Position numbers and translations under genes: made by a program. A stretch of 64,000 nucleotides of DNA from an uncultured Acidobacteriota bacterium (GTDB lineage: Bacteria > Acidobacteriota > Thermoanaerobaculia > Thermoanaerobaculales > Sulfomarinibacteraceae). Below the pieces are notes generated by a model. It searched no databases and was not told where the DNA came from. It worked only from the letters and a program-made list of their open reading frames with translations. Where the stretch lies: positions 82,184-146,183 of the forward strand of contig CAWFFJ010000026.1 in assembly GCA_963814875.1 (NCBI GenBank), read 5' to 3'. This document shows, piece by piece, positions 7,926 to 17,248 of the stretch (its first letter is position 1; the number at the start of each line of letters is the position of its first letter).

Positions 7926-9868
7926 CGGCCGCTTGCCTTGACCAGGTAAAAGCTCGCGACCGCGGCGCCTTCCGGGAGGTCGGCGCGAAGCGTCCAGTCG
8001 CTGCCCGCTGAGAGATCGACGTGGAAGAGCTGCGAACCGATCGCTCCGCGATCCGCGTCGGTGAGCCTCACTCCGACGGCGTGCTCTCCCGAGGGGGCGA
8101 GCAGGATCCGACGGACCTGACCGGAGCCTCGCCGCTTGAGGCCGAGGAACCCGCTGCGGGTGAAGTCGAACGGGATCAGGCCGAGGGTCTCACTGTCGAG
8201 GGTGACCACGAGGTTGCCGGCGTTGATCGGCGAGCTGAAGTAAACGGTGATCCGGGCAACGCCGGGCGTCGGGCGCGGCGTCGGTATGGCGGACGGGACG
8301 ATCACGAGCTGGGTGCGCTTGGGCACTGTCGCGGCCGGAGCAGTTCTCACCCGCCCGCGCTCGGTGGCGAGCTCGAGGTAGCTGGTCGCGATCTCGTTGT
8401 CCGGTTCGAGCTCGAGCACCGCTCGGAAGCGCTCGCCGGCGGCGCCGTAGCGGCCCTGACGGTAGAGCTGGCGGCCTTCGGAGATCAGGCTTGCGATCCG
8501 CCCACCCACCTCCACACTCGATCTCTCGGCGGCAGCGGCCGCTCGGGTGTCGGCCGCGAGTCGGCGCACCGCCGGCGAGGCGGGGGCCTGGTCGAGGGCG
8601 GCGGCGGCCGAGGCTTGCGCGGCCTGGACATCACCCGCTTGGAGCTGGCTCTCGCCTCTGACCATGGCCTCGAAGGTGAGATGGAGGTTGCGGACGGAGC
8701 CGCTCGAGGGCGCCGGGAACGGACCCTCGTCCCGCATTGCGACGAGTACTCCGGCCACCGCCAGCCACAGGACGGCCCACACCGCCAGGATACGCACAAC
8801 CCACCGCGTCTCGACCTCGCGGCCGAGTGGCTCGGGTAGCCGGTCGATGAGGCGCTGCCGGAGGGGCGTCGCCGGCACCGTGCCGGTCATCGGGGGCGCC
8901 GGAGTACCCGCGGACGGTCCTCCTGCGTCAGGAACCGCCTGGGGCGCCGGCGCCCCGGGCTCGCCGTCGCCGGCGCCGGGCCGAGTGGCGAGATCCGCCT
9001 GGTGGACCTCGGTGCGACCGATGTCCGCCGGATCGCGTCCGACCAGGGCGCGGGCGAGGGCGCCGAGCACGCGGGCCAGCTCGGCACCACGCTGGAACCG
9101 CTTGTCGGGCTCCTTTTCGAGGCACTTGAGAACGATCGGGTTGAACCCGGCGGGCACGCCGGGGGCGACCGTCGACGGGATCGGCGTCGGCGCTTGAACC
9201 ACCTTGAGGGTGACCTCGTGAATCGACTCGCCGGCGAAGGGCCGCTCGCCGGCGAGCAGCTCGAACAGCACCACGCCGAGGGAGAACAGGTCCGAGCGGC
9301 CGTCGACGGGCCGTCCGGTCACCTGCTCCGGCGACATGTAGTTGGGGGTCCCGATGAACTGCCCTTCGGTGGTGAGGTTCGACGACTCCAGGCGAGCGAC
9401 GCCGAAGTCCATGATGCGGATGCGCCCGCTGTCGGTGAGGATGATGTTGGCCGGCTTGACGTCGCGGTGGACCACGCCCATCGAGTGCGCATAGTCGAGC
9501 GCCATCGCGATCTCGGCAACGACCCGCGCCGCCTCGGCTGGGCGGAAGCGATGGCCGGACTGCAGCACCTGCTTGAGATCCCGGCCGCGGGCGAACTCCA
9601 TCGCGATGAACACCAGGCCGGTGGTCGGATCCTCGCCGACGTCGTGGATGGTCACGATACCGGGGTGGCTCAGGCGGCCGGCGGCACGGGCTTCGCGCAT
9701 GAAGCGCTCCCGGAACTCGTCGGCGAAGTCCGAGTCGAGGTCGACGCGGAGCGTCTTGAGCGCCACCTCCCGGTCAATGATCGGGTCGCGGGCGAGGTAG
9801 ACAACACCCATGGCACCCCGGCCCAGGGTGCGGACGATCTCATACCTTCCGATTCGCTCGACAGGCAC
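7922..9868 (-). CDS. Ser/Thr protein kinase with one transmembrane segment, a TPR-like region and a C-terminal beta-rich domain
   Basis: Has the Gly loop LGRGAMGVVY, catalytic loop HRDVKPANIIL, and DFG and SPE motifs. A hydrophobic segment VVRILAVWAVLWLAVAGVLVA follows the kinase domain. Confidence 0.9.
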   Translation of the reverse strand: MPVERIGRYEIVRTLGRGAMGVVYLARDPIIDREVALKTLRVDLDSDFADEFRERFMREARAAGRLSHPGIVTIHDVGEDPTTGLVFIAMEFARGRDLKQVLQSGHRFRPAEAARVVAEIAMALDYAHSMGVVHRDVKPANIILTDSGRIRIMDFGVARLESSNLTTEGQFIGTPNYMSPEQVTGRPVDGRSDLFSLGVVLFELLAGERPFAGESIHEVTLKVVQAPTPIPSTVAPGVPAGFNPIVLKCLEKEPDKRFQRGAELARVLGALARALVGRDPADIGRTEVHQADLATRPGAGDGEPGAPAPQAVPDAGGPSAGTPAPPMTGTVPATPLRQRLIDRLPEPLGREVETRWVVRILAVWAVLWLAVAGVLVAMRDEGPFPAPSSGSVRNLHLTFEAMVRGESQLQAGDVQAAQASAAAALDQAPASPAVRRLAADTRAAAAAERSSVEVGGRIASLISEGRQLYRQGRYGAAGERFRAVLELEPDNEIATSYLELATERGRVRTAPAATVPKRTQLVIVPSAIPTPRPTPGVARITVYFSSPINAGNLVVTLDSETLGLIPFDFTRSGFLGLKRRGSGQVRRILLAPSGEHAVGVRLTDADRGAIGSQLFHVDLSAGSDWTLRADLPEGAAVASFYLVKASGR

Positions 9869-9874
9869 GGGCCT

Positions 9875-9880
9875 ATTCTA
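9875..9880 (-). promoter_or_regulatory. Candidate -10 box (TAGAAT) 6 nt before the kinase GTG start, in a leaderless arrangement
   Basis: The minus strand reads CGGTAGAAT-aggccc-GTG(9868). There is no Shine-Dalgarno sequence. Confidence 0.4.
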
Positions 9881-9984
9881 CCGGGAGACCGCCTGTTCTC
9901 TCCGCCGATGCCGTTCTGGCGGCGCGGGGCCGATTCGACGCGGCAAGCCCGCGGCTGGGTTGGTCGCCAGGCGGGCGCGATCCT

Positions 9985-9993
9985 TGCTAGATG
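9985..9993 (+). promoter_or_regulatory. Candidate extended -10 promoter (TGcTAGATG) of the moxR/bat operon
   Basis: TTGCTAGATG lies in the divergent intergenic region, 31 nt upstream of ATG 10025, with GGGGGAGG as the Shine-Dalgarno. Confidence 0.35.
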
Positions 9994-10024
9994 TCACCCA
10001 GGCCAACTGGCCGTTGGGGGAGGC

Positions 10025-11008
10025 ATGGAGAACTCTCAGGTCGAGATGCAGGTTGATCGTGCGGCGGCGCGGCTCGGCGAGATCCAGCGCGCGGTGAGCG
10101 ATGTCGTGGTCGGTCAGGAGCGCCTGGTGGAGTCGGTCCTGGTCGCACTGCTGTGCCGTGGCCACGTGCTTCTGGAGGGCGTCCCAGGGCTGGCCAAGAC
10201 GCTCACCGTGCGCACCGTCGCCCGGGTCGTCGGTGGGCACTTCCAGCGGCTCCAGTTCACTCCGGACCTGCTGCCGGCCGACGTCACCGGCACCCAGGTC
10301 TTCGATCCCAGCAGCGGGCAGTTCGTGCCCCATAGGGGCCCGGTGTTCTCCAACCTGGTCCTGGCGGACGAGGTGAACCGCGCGCCGGCCAAGGTCCAGT
10401 CGGCTCTGCTCGAGGCCATGGAGGAACGCCAGGTCACGATTGGCGGAACGACGTTCCCGCTCCCGGACCCGTTTGTGGTGCTCGCCACTCAGAACCCGAT
10501 CGAGCAGGAAGGAACCTACCCTCTTCCCGAAGCGCAGCTCGACCGCTTCCTGCTCAAGATCGTGGTCGGATACCCGGAGGCCGAGGACGAGCGGCGGGTG
10601 CTCGACTTTCACCTCGCGCAGAGCTTCCCGACCCCGCGTCCCACCGCGACCCTCGAGGAGCTTCGCGGGCTCGAGGGTGTCACCGCCCAGGTCTACGTCG
10701 ACGAGAGGATCAAGAGCTACATTCTCGGGCTCGTTGCTGCGACCCGCCGGCCCGCCGAGGTTGGCCTCGGCGACCTGGTGCCGCTGATCGCCTTTGGCGC
10801 TTCGCCGCGGGCGTCGATCGCTCTCGCCGTCACCAGCCGCGCGCTCGCGTTGGTTCGCGGCCGCGCCTTCGTCACCCCGGAGGACATCAAGGAGCTCGCT
10901 CCGGCAGTGCTGCGCCATCGTCTGGTGCTGACCTACGAGGCCGAGGCCGAAGGCACCACGGTCGAGGAGATCATCGAGCGGGTGCTGCTCGCGGTGGAGG
11001 TGCCGTGA
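10025..11008 (+). CDS. moxR: MoxR-family AAA+ ATPase
   Basis: Has the Walker A-like LLEGVPGLAKT, DEVNRAPAKVQSALLEAMEE, and the typical MoxR length from the MENSQ start. The formal ORF extends upstream to 9002 as antisense of the kinase gene. Confidence 0.9.
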   Translation: MENSQVEMQVDRAAARLGEIQRAVSDVVVGQERLVESVLVALLCRGHVLLEGVPGLAKTLTVRTVARVVGGHFQRLQFTPDLLPADVTGTQVFDPSSGQFVPHRGPVFSNLVLADEVNRAPAKVQSALLEAMEERQVTIGGTTFPLPDPFVVLATQNPIEQEGTYPLPEAQLDRFLLKIVVGYPEAEDERRVLDFHLAQSFPTPRPTATLEELRGLEGVTAQVYVDERIKSYILGLVAATRRPAEVGLGDLVPLIAFGASPRASIALAVTSRALALVRGRAFVTPEDIKELAPAVLRHRLVLTYEAEAEGTTVEEIIERVLLAVEVP

Positions 11009-11892
11009 CAGCTAGCCTGCGACGCTACCTGGGCCGGCCGGAGCCGCTCGATCCGTCAGTGGACGCCGGACCGGACCTGCGGGCGGACGTCCGCAGGCTG
11101 GAGATCCGTGCGCGTCAGGCGATGCAGTCCGGCCTTTCCGGCCAGTACCAGAGCGCGTTCCGCGGTCTCGGGCTCGAGTTCGAGGAGGTCCGCGAGTACC
11201 GGCCGGGCGACGACGTCCGCACGATCGACTGGAACGTCACGGCGCGCAGCGGCACTCTCCACGTCAAGCGCTATCGCGAGGAACGCGACATCACGGTCCT
11301 GCTGCTGGTCGACCTGTCGGCCTCGACCCGGTTCGGTTCCGGCGTGATGACGGTTCACGACCTCATCGCGGAGGTGGCCGGACTGTTCGCCCTGGCGGCC
11401 GCCCGACGCGACCGGGTCGGCGCGGTCCTCTTCGACGACGGCGTGCGGTCGGTCATTCCGCCGCGTTCGGGTTGGAGGCACGGCCTGCGGGTGGTCCGCG
11501 AAATCCTCGCCGCCCAGCCGGCGGGACGGGGCACGGCGATTGCCCCCGCCTTGCGGGCGGCAGGGCGGATCCTCCACCGCCGCGGCATCGTCGTGGCCCT
11601 GGTCGACCGCGCCTGCCCGTTGCCGCGACGTGACCTCGCCGCCCTCGGTGGACGCCACGAGCTGGTCGTGCTGCGGGTCGGCGATCCGCTGCTGGACCAT
11701 CATCCGCGCGGGCTCGCGCTCCCGGTGGTGGACGCCGAAGGCGATCGCCGGGACGACGTGATCGACCGCGTTCGACTCCCTCCGGGCGACCTCCCTCCCA
11801 AGGTGGACTGCGTCGATCTCGACACCGACAGCGACTACCTGCCCGTGGTGCGGTCCCTGCTCGAGCGGAGGGAGCGCCGCCGTGCGCGCTAG
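11005..11892 (+). CDS. DUF58 (vWA-like) protein, the usual MoxR partner
   Basis: Contains FEEVREYRPGDDVRTIDWNVTAR and VLLLVDLSASTRFGS. GTGA overlap with moxR. Confidence 0.85.
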   Translation: MTASLRRYLGRPEPLDPSVDAGPDLRADVRRLEIRARQAMQSGLSGQYQSAFRGLGLEFEEVREYRPGDDVRTIDWNVTARSGTLHVKRYREERDITVLLLVDLSASTRFGSGVMTVHDLIAEVAGLFALAAARRDRVGAVLFDDGVRSVIPPRSGWRHGLRVVREILAAQPAGRGTAIAPALRAAGRILHRRGIVVALVDRACPLPRRDLAALGGRHELVVLRVGDPLLDHHPRGLALPVVDAEGDRRDDVIDRVRLPPGDLPPKVDCVDLDTDSDYLPVVRSLLERRERRRAR

Positions 11893-12796
11893 GGCGACTA
11901 CCGCGACGCTGGCGGTCTGCCTCGCCGCGGTCGTCGTCTGCGCCGCAGAGCCGCCGCGCCTCGAAGCGAAGGTGCCCGCAGCGGCCGTATCGGTCGGCGA
12001 CCGGGTGAGCGTTCAGGTCACCGCAGTCGGGAGCCTCGACGCGATGTGGGGCGAGCTCAGCGTCGATCCTTCGCAGCAGTGGGCCGTGGTAGTGGGCCCG
12101 CGGGCGGTGGCTGCTGCCGAGCCGCCGGCGTGGACCGTCGTCCTCGCGCCCCTCGCGACCGGCAAGCTCGAGCTGCCGGCGATGAGCGCGAGCGTTCGCA
12201 GCGCCGACGGCACGTCGCAGGCCGCCACCCTCGCCGAGCGGCCCGAGCTGACCGTCGCTTCGGTGCTGCCGCCGGGCCAAGATCCCAAGCCCGCGGCGCT
12301 GCGCGCGCCGATCGGCGTGCACGGGATGCCGTGGGAGTGGATCCTGCCCGGCCTGCTGGCCGCGTTGCCGGTCATCGGCGTCGTCGCGTGGGCCCTGCAC
12401 CGCCGACGCCCGGTGGTACCCGCGCGTGCACAGCTGCTGACGCCGATGGCCGAGCTCGAAGCGGAGCTCGCCGGTGTTGCGGAGGCGCTCGGCGGCGAAC
12501 CTGCAACGGTCACCTGCGACCGGATGGCAACCGCACTCCGGCGCTACCTGGAGCGCCGTTCGGGAGAGCCGGCGCTCGAGATGACCTCCTTCGAGCTTCG
12601 GCTTGCGGCACGCCGCCTGAGCTGGCCGGAGCCGGTTCAGCGGACGATCCAGCGGGTCATGGCGATCGTCGACGGGATCCGCTTCGGACGTCGGCAGGCG
12701 TCCGGAGAGGACCTGCGGCGCGCACTCACCGACGCGCTCGAGCTCGGTCGGGCGCTCGAGGCCCACCTTGTCGTGCCCGAGGAGGCCGCGTCGTGA
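11882..12796 (+). CDS. Bat-operon membrane protein: signal peptide, BatD-like N-terminal part, and one transmembrane segment
   Basis: Signal peptide MRARATTATLAVCLAAVVVCAAEP and internal transmembrane segment WEWILPGLLAALPVIGVVAWAL. Its position between DUF58 and batA is typical of aerotolerance-type operons. Confidence 0.7.
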   Translation: MRARATTATLAVCLAAVVVCAAEPPRLEAKVPAAAVSVGDRVSVQVTAVGSLDAMWGELSVDPSQQWAVVVGPRAVAAAEPPAWTVVLAPLATGKLELPAMSASVRSADGTSQAATLAERPELTVASVLPPGQDPKPAALRAPIGVHGMPWEWILPGLLAALPVIGVVAWALHRRRPVVPARAQLLTPMAELEAELAGVAEALGGEPATVTCDRMATALRRYLERRSGEPALEMTSFELRLAARRLSWPEPVQRTIQRVMAIVDGIRFGRRQASGEDLRRALTDALELGRALEAHLVVPEEAAS

Positions 12797-13791
12797 TGCG
12801 CCTCGCGGAGCCTGCATGGCTCGCTGCCGCCGGCCTCGCGCTGATCGCTGGCGTGATGTGGTGGTTGCGCAGGCGATGGCAGCGCTATCCGTTTCCGGTG
12901 GTGGGCACGCGTCGGACGGGGGTGCCGATCGCGTCGATCGCCACGCTGACGGCGGGCTTGCTCGCCGCAGTTGCCCTGGTCCCCCTCGCGGTCGCCGCCG
13001 CGCGACCGCAGGAGGTGCTGGCTCGGCAGCAAGAGCATGCCGAAGGCGTTGACCTGGTGGTGGTTCTCGACGTCTCCGGGTCGATGGCTGCGCTTGACTT
13101 TCGTCCCAGCAACCGTCTTGCCGTGGCCAAGCAGGTCATCTCCGACTTCATCGAGGGCCGTCCCTATGACCGCATCGGCCTGGTCGCCTTCGCCGGCGCG
13201 GCGGTGACCCTGTGCCCGCTGACCCTCGACCACCACGTGGCGCTCGAGCTGCTCGACAAGGCCGGGCTGCGGACGTTGCCGGACGGAACTGCGATCGGCC
13301 TCGGTCTGGGGACGGCCGTGAACCGACTGCGCCACTCGAGCGCCCGCTCGAAGGTCATTGTGCTGGTGACCGACGGCGCCTCCAATGCGGGCCAGCTCGA
13401 CCCGATGTCGGCGGCCACTCTGGCGGCCTCGGAGGGCATCACCGTGCACACCGTGCTGGTCGGCTCGGGCGGGACTGTCCCGATCCCGATGGTCGAGCGC
13501 GACCCGCGTACCGGGGAGGAGCGGCAGCGGATTGTAGAGATGGAGGTCGAGACCAACCCCGAGCTGCTCGCGCAGATCGCTCGCACCTGCGGAGGTCAGT
13601 CGTTTCTGGCCCGTGATGCGAACTCCCTGGCTGCCGTGTTCCGGGAGATCGACGGGATGGAGAAGACTGAGTTCACCTCCACCCGTCTGGTGCGCTACAG
13701 CGAGCGCTTCGAGCCGTGGGCTCTGGCCGCACTCGGGCTGCTCGCCGCCGCACTGCTGATCGAGGGGGTTGGCGGGAGGACCCCGTGGTGA
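12796..13791 (+). CDS. batA: BatA-like vWA-domain membrane protein
   Basis: Has N- and C-terminal transmembrane segments and the vWA MIDAS motif VDLVVVLDVSGSM. ATG 12796 (or GTG 12793) overlaps the upstream stop. Confidence 0.85.
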   Translation: MRLAEPAWLAAAGLALIAGVMWWLRRRWQRYPFPVVGTRRTGVPIASIATLTAGLLAAVALVPLAVAAARPQEVLARQQEHAEGVDLVVVLDVSGSMAALDFRPSNRLAVAKQVISDFIEGRPYDRIGLVAFAGAAVTLCPLTLDHHVALELLDKAGLRTLPDGTAIGLGLGTAVNRLRHSSARSKVIVLVTDGASNAGQLDPMSAATLAASEGITVHTVLVGSGGTVPIPMVERDPRTGEERQRIVEMEVETNPELLAQIARTCGGQSFLARDANSLAAVFREIDGMEKTEFTSTRLVRYSERFEPWALAALGLLAAALLIEGVGGRTPW

Positions 13792-15566
13792 GCTTCGCCG
13801 ACCCCGGGCGCCTGTGGCTGCTGGTGCTCCCGGCGGTTGCGGCCGTGGCGGCGCTGTGGCGACACACCGTTCGCCGCCGCGAGCAGCGCCAGCTGGCGAG
13901 CCCGTCGGTGTGGCTGCGGGTGATGGGCGGGACACCGGCGACCGGCCTCGTCCGCCTGCTGGCATGGGTCGCCGCGGCGACCTGTCTCGTCCTCGCCCTC
14001 GCCCGTCCCCAGTGGGGCGAGGTCCAGGGGGAGAGGTCGGTGCGCAGCCGCGACCTGGTCGTCGCCGTCGATGTCTCCGACTCCATGCGCTGCGCCGACA
14101 TTCGTCCGTCTCGACTCGTCCGGTCCCTGCAGGTGCTCAGCCGGGCTTTGCCCGAGCTTGAGGGTAACCGGGTCGGCGTGCTCGTCTTCGCTGGCGATGC
14201 CTACCCACTGGTCCCGCTCACCACAGATTTGGAGGCGGTGGCGACCTTCCTCGACGGAGTCGAGCCGGGAATGGTCGGCCTTCCGGGCTCGAACCTCGAG
14301 CGGGCCGTCAACGGTGCGGTGGATCTCCTGCCCGACGAGGGCGAGGGGCGGGTGCTGGTCCTGGTCACCGACGGCGAGAACCTCCAGGGCGACGTCGACG
14401 CGGCGAAACAGAGGCTCGCTGACGCCGGTGTTGGCCTGATCGCCATGGTCGCCGGCACCGAGCCGGGAGGTCCGATCCCGATGACCGATGACGACGGGCG
14501 GGTGCACTACAAGCGTGACGGCTCCGGCGAGACGGTGATCACGAGGGCGCGGCCCGAAGTGATGGCAGGCCTCGTCCGCGACACCGAAGGCGAGGTCATC
14601 GCCGTCGGCGACCGTGATGCGGCCCGAGAGCTCGCGAGCGCCGTCGAGCGGCTGCGCACCCGCGAGGTTGCCTCGACCCACCGGGTGGAACGGGTCGAAC
14701 GGTTCCCGATTTTTCTCGCGCTCGCGATGCTCGGGTTGGTGGTCGGCTTTGCCGCCTCGCCGTGGCGCCGCCTGACCGCGGTCGCAGCGGTGGTCGTGCT
14801 CCTCACCGCCGGGACGACGGGTGCGCAACCGGCGAACCCAGCGGCGCCGCCGGCAGCGGGTGGCGCGCCGGCGGCGATCAATGCAGGCGGGACCTCGGCG
14901 CAGGCGCCGCCGAATGCGGCCGAGGTACCGATCCCGTGGTGGCAGCGCCTGATCCCCGGCGGCAGCCGTCGGCTCGCTCGCAAGGGGGTCACCCAGTACA
15001 ACGCCGGCAAGCCGGATGCGGCCGCGTCGGATTTCGCAGGCGCCGCCCGCTTGGCACCCGGGAACCCGACCCGGCTCTATGACCTCGGGACGGCGCTGGC
15101 GGCCGGCGGGCAGGTCGATGCGGCCAGCGGACCGTTGAGTGAGGCCGAGAGGTCCGGTGTTCCGGGCGCGGCTTACAACCTGGGGACAGCCGCACTCGCC
15201 GAAGGCCAGGCGGAGCCCGCCCTCCGCTGGCTTCGCAGCGCGCTGCTCGCGAACCCTGACGACCCCGATGTCAAACGGAACTACGAGCTCGCGCTCAATC
15301 TGAAAGAACAGCAGGAGCAGCAACAACAGCAGCAGCAGGACCGGCAGCCGACCCCGGCTCCGACACCGACCGCCGGGCAGCCGACCCCGAGCCCAGGCTC
15401 CGCGACGCCGACGCCTTCCGCCGGCGGTGTCGCCGAGCCGACCCCGACACCGACCCCCGATCCGCGCAATGCGCTCTACTCCGCGCTCGAGCGCGCCGAG
15501 GCCGAGGCCCGGCAGAAGATGCAGCGACCGACCCCGCAGCCGGTGAAGGTGGAGAAGGACTGGTGA
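13785..15566 (+). CDS. batB: BatB-like vWA + TPR protein with a poly-Gln and Pro/Thr-rich tail
   Basis: Has the vWA motif RDLVVAVDVSDSM and TPR-like repeats (AAYNLGTAALAEGQAEPALRWLRSALLANPDDP). The QQEQQQQQQQ run is at 15309-15338. Confidence 0.85.
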   Translation: MVSFADPGRLWLLVLPAVAAVAALWRHTVRRREQRQLASPSVWLRVMGGTPATGLVRLLAWVAAATCLVLALARPQWGEVQGERSVRSRDLVVAVDVSDSMRCADIRPSRLVRSLQVLSRALPELEGNRVGVLVFAGDAYPLVPLTTDLEAVATFLDGVEPGMVGLPGSNLERAVNGAVDLLPDEGEGRVLVLVTDGENLQGDVDAAKQRLADAGVGLIAMVAGTEPGGPIPMTDDDGRVHYKRDGSGETVITRARPEVMAGLVRDTEGEVIAVGDRDAARELASAVERLRTREVASTHRVERVERFPIFLALAMLGLVVGFAASPWRRLTAVAAVVVLLTAGTTGAQPANPAAPPAAGGAPAAINAGGTSAQAPPNAAEVPIPWWQRLIPGGSRRLARKGVTQYNAGKPDAAASDFAGAARLAPGNPTRLYDLGTALAAGGQVDAASGPLSEAERSGVPGAAYNLGTAALAEGQAEPALRWLRSALLANPDDPDVKRNYELALNLKEQQEQQQQQQQDRQPTPAPTPTAGQPTPSPGSATPTPSAGGVAEPTPTPTPDPRNALYSALERAEAEARQKMQRPTPQPVKVEKDW

Positions 15567-17236
15567 GTCCGGCTGCGCCGATGCGCCCGAGTGTGATCGT
15601 GTTCGCTGTCGCCACCCTGGTCGTGGTCGTGGTCGGGGGCGTGACGACGGTGTCAGCGGCCGGTCCGACGCTGGAGGTGCAGGTCGAGCCCCGACGGGTG
15701 GGGGTCGAGGACTACGCCCGGCTGATCGTCAGCGTTCGTGATGCCCAGGGGGACCTCTCGCAGCCTCGGCTGGGCGAGCTCGACAACCTCCAGGTGGTCT
15801 CGGGTCCCTCGCGTGAGCAGCAGTTCAACTGGATCAACGGCGTCAGCTCGTCGATGGTGCGGTTCGTCTACGTCGTGCAGCCTCTCGGCGTCGGACGCGC
15901 CACGGTCGAGCCGATCACGGTCATGCTGGCCGGGAAGCAGCTGAGCTCGAAGCCGATCGAGATCGAGGTCGTGTCGGGAAGCCTGCGCGCCTTGCCTCAA
16001 CAGCGTCACCTGCCGGCCAACCCATTTGATCCGTTTCCGGACATCATGGGCCGCCGCGACCTTCCCGAACCTCAGGTCGTGCTGCGCCAGCTGGTCGGCC
16101 ATCGCTCCCTGGTGCTGGGCGAGCCGGTGGTGGTCGTGGTGGCGCTCGACACCACGGTGGCGGGCATCGAGCGCTTCGAGTGGCGGACCCCCCCTGCCTA
16201 CCCCGGATGGTGGGCGCAGCGGATCGAGCTTCCCGATCCGGTGACGCCGGAGGCGGTCACGGTCGACGCCGTTCCCTTCCAGCGGTATCTGGTCTCACGC
16301 TCGGTGCTGATTCCCCTCAAGGTCGGAGAGCTCGCGATCCCGTCGGTGGCGGTCCGCATCGGTGTTCGCGGACGCGGCGCCTTCGCGCCCCTGCAGGCGG
16401 TGGAGCGATCGACCGAGCCGGTCGAGGTTGAGGTCCGAGACCGACCACCTGCGCCGGCAGGGTTCTCCGGCGCCGTCGGACGGCTACGCTACCGCGCCGC
16501 ACTGTCACCGGATCACATCGACCTCGGAGGGTCGTCGACCCTGACGATCTCCCTCGAGGGATCCGGCAATCTGCCGCTGGTGGAGGCGCCCGTGAGATGG
16601 CCGACCTCGCCAGACGTCGAGACCTACCCGCCCGAGGAGGACCAGAAGCTGAAGGTGGACGAGCGCGGCATCCAGGGCAGCAGGACCTGGAGGACGACCG
16701 TCGTGCCGCGGCGCTCAGGTAGGATCGAGCTCGCGCCGGTGACGCTGGCCGTCTTCGATCCGGCGGCCGGAACCTACACTGGTCAGACTCTGGGACCGCT
16801 CGAGCTCGAGGTGACCGCTCCGCCCGCGACCCCGACGCCGATCCCGCCCACGGTCGAGGAGGGTGCGGCACCCGCCGCCGTGTCCCCGACGACGGCGCCA
16901 AAGGGTTCGAACCGGCGTGCCTGGGTGCCGATTGCGGCGGCGCTTGCCGCCGGCCTCCTCGCCGGAGGACTCGTGACTGCGCTGCTCGTGCGCCGACGCA
17001 CGGGCGGTGTGCCGCCTCGCCGACCCGGCCAGAGCCCGGCGGACCGCGCGCGCGAGCTCCAGATCGTGCTCGAGCGGTGGTGGCACGCCGCCGGCGAGAA
17101 GACCGACCTGCGGGACGATATGGACGAGCTGCGCCGGGCACTCGAAGCGGTGCGGTTCGCGCCGGGCCGGGCCGACCATTCCCAGACTGTGGAGGACCTG
17201 GAGCAGGACCTGCGTCGCCTGATGCGGCGTGCGTGA
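15563..17236 (+). CDS. batD: BatD-like (oxygen-tolerance family) membrane protein
   Basis: Has a signal peptide, repeated beta-rich segments and a C-terminal transmembrane segment (WVPIAAALAAGLLAGGLVTALLV). It sits in the last position of a bat operon. GTGA overlap with batB. Confidence 0.8.
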   Translation: MSPAAPMRPSVIVFAVATLVVVVVGGVTTVSAAGPTLEVQVEPRRVGVEDYARLIVSVRDAQGDLSQPRLGELDNLQVVSGPSREQQFNWINGVSSSMVRFVYVVQPLGVGRATVEPITVMLAGKQLSSKPIEIEVVSGSLRALPQQRHLPANPFDPFPDIMGRRDLPEPQVVLRQLVGHRSLVLGEPVVVVVALDTTVAGIERFEWRTPPAYPGWWAQRIELPDPVTPEAVTVDAVPFQRYLVSRSVLIPLKVGELAIPSVAVRIGVRGRGAFAPLQAVERSTEPVEVEVRDRPPAPAGFSGAVGRLRYRAALSPDHIDLGGSSTLTISLEGSGNLPLVEAPVRWPTSPDVETYPPEEDQKLKVDERGIQGSRTWRTTVVPRRSGRIELAPVTLAVFDPAAGTYTGQTLGPLELEVTAPPATPTPIPPTVEEGAAPAAVSPTTAPKGSNRRAWVPIAAALAAGLLAGGLVTALLVRRRTGGVPPRRPGQSPADRARELQIVLERWWHAAGEKTDLRDDMDELRRALEAVRFAPGRADHSQTVEDLEQDLRRLMRRA

Positions 17237-17242
17237 TACAGT
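17234..17242 (+). promoter_or_regulatory. Candidate extended -10 (TGaTACAGT) 6 nt before ATG 17249, in a leaderless arrangement
   Basis: Reads TGATACAGT-gagctg-ATG. It overlaps the batD stop codon, and there is no Shine-Dalgarno. Confidence 0.35.
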
Positions 17243-17248
17243 GAGCTG

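Noticed and set aside
11011-11023. The 13-nt exact repeat gctagcctgcgac, shared by 11011-11023 (start of the DUF58 gene) and 28200-28212 (pilM promoter region)
   Set aside because: A few chance 13-mer matches are expected in 64 kb of compositionally biased sequence. The flanks do not match, and one copy lies in coding sequence.
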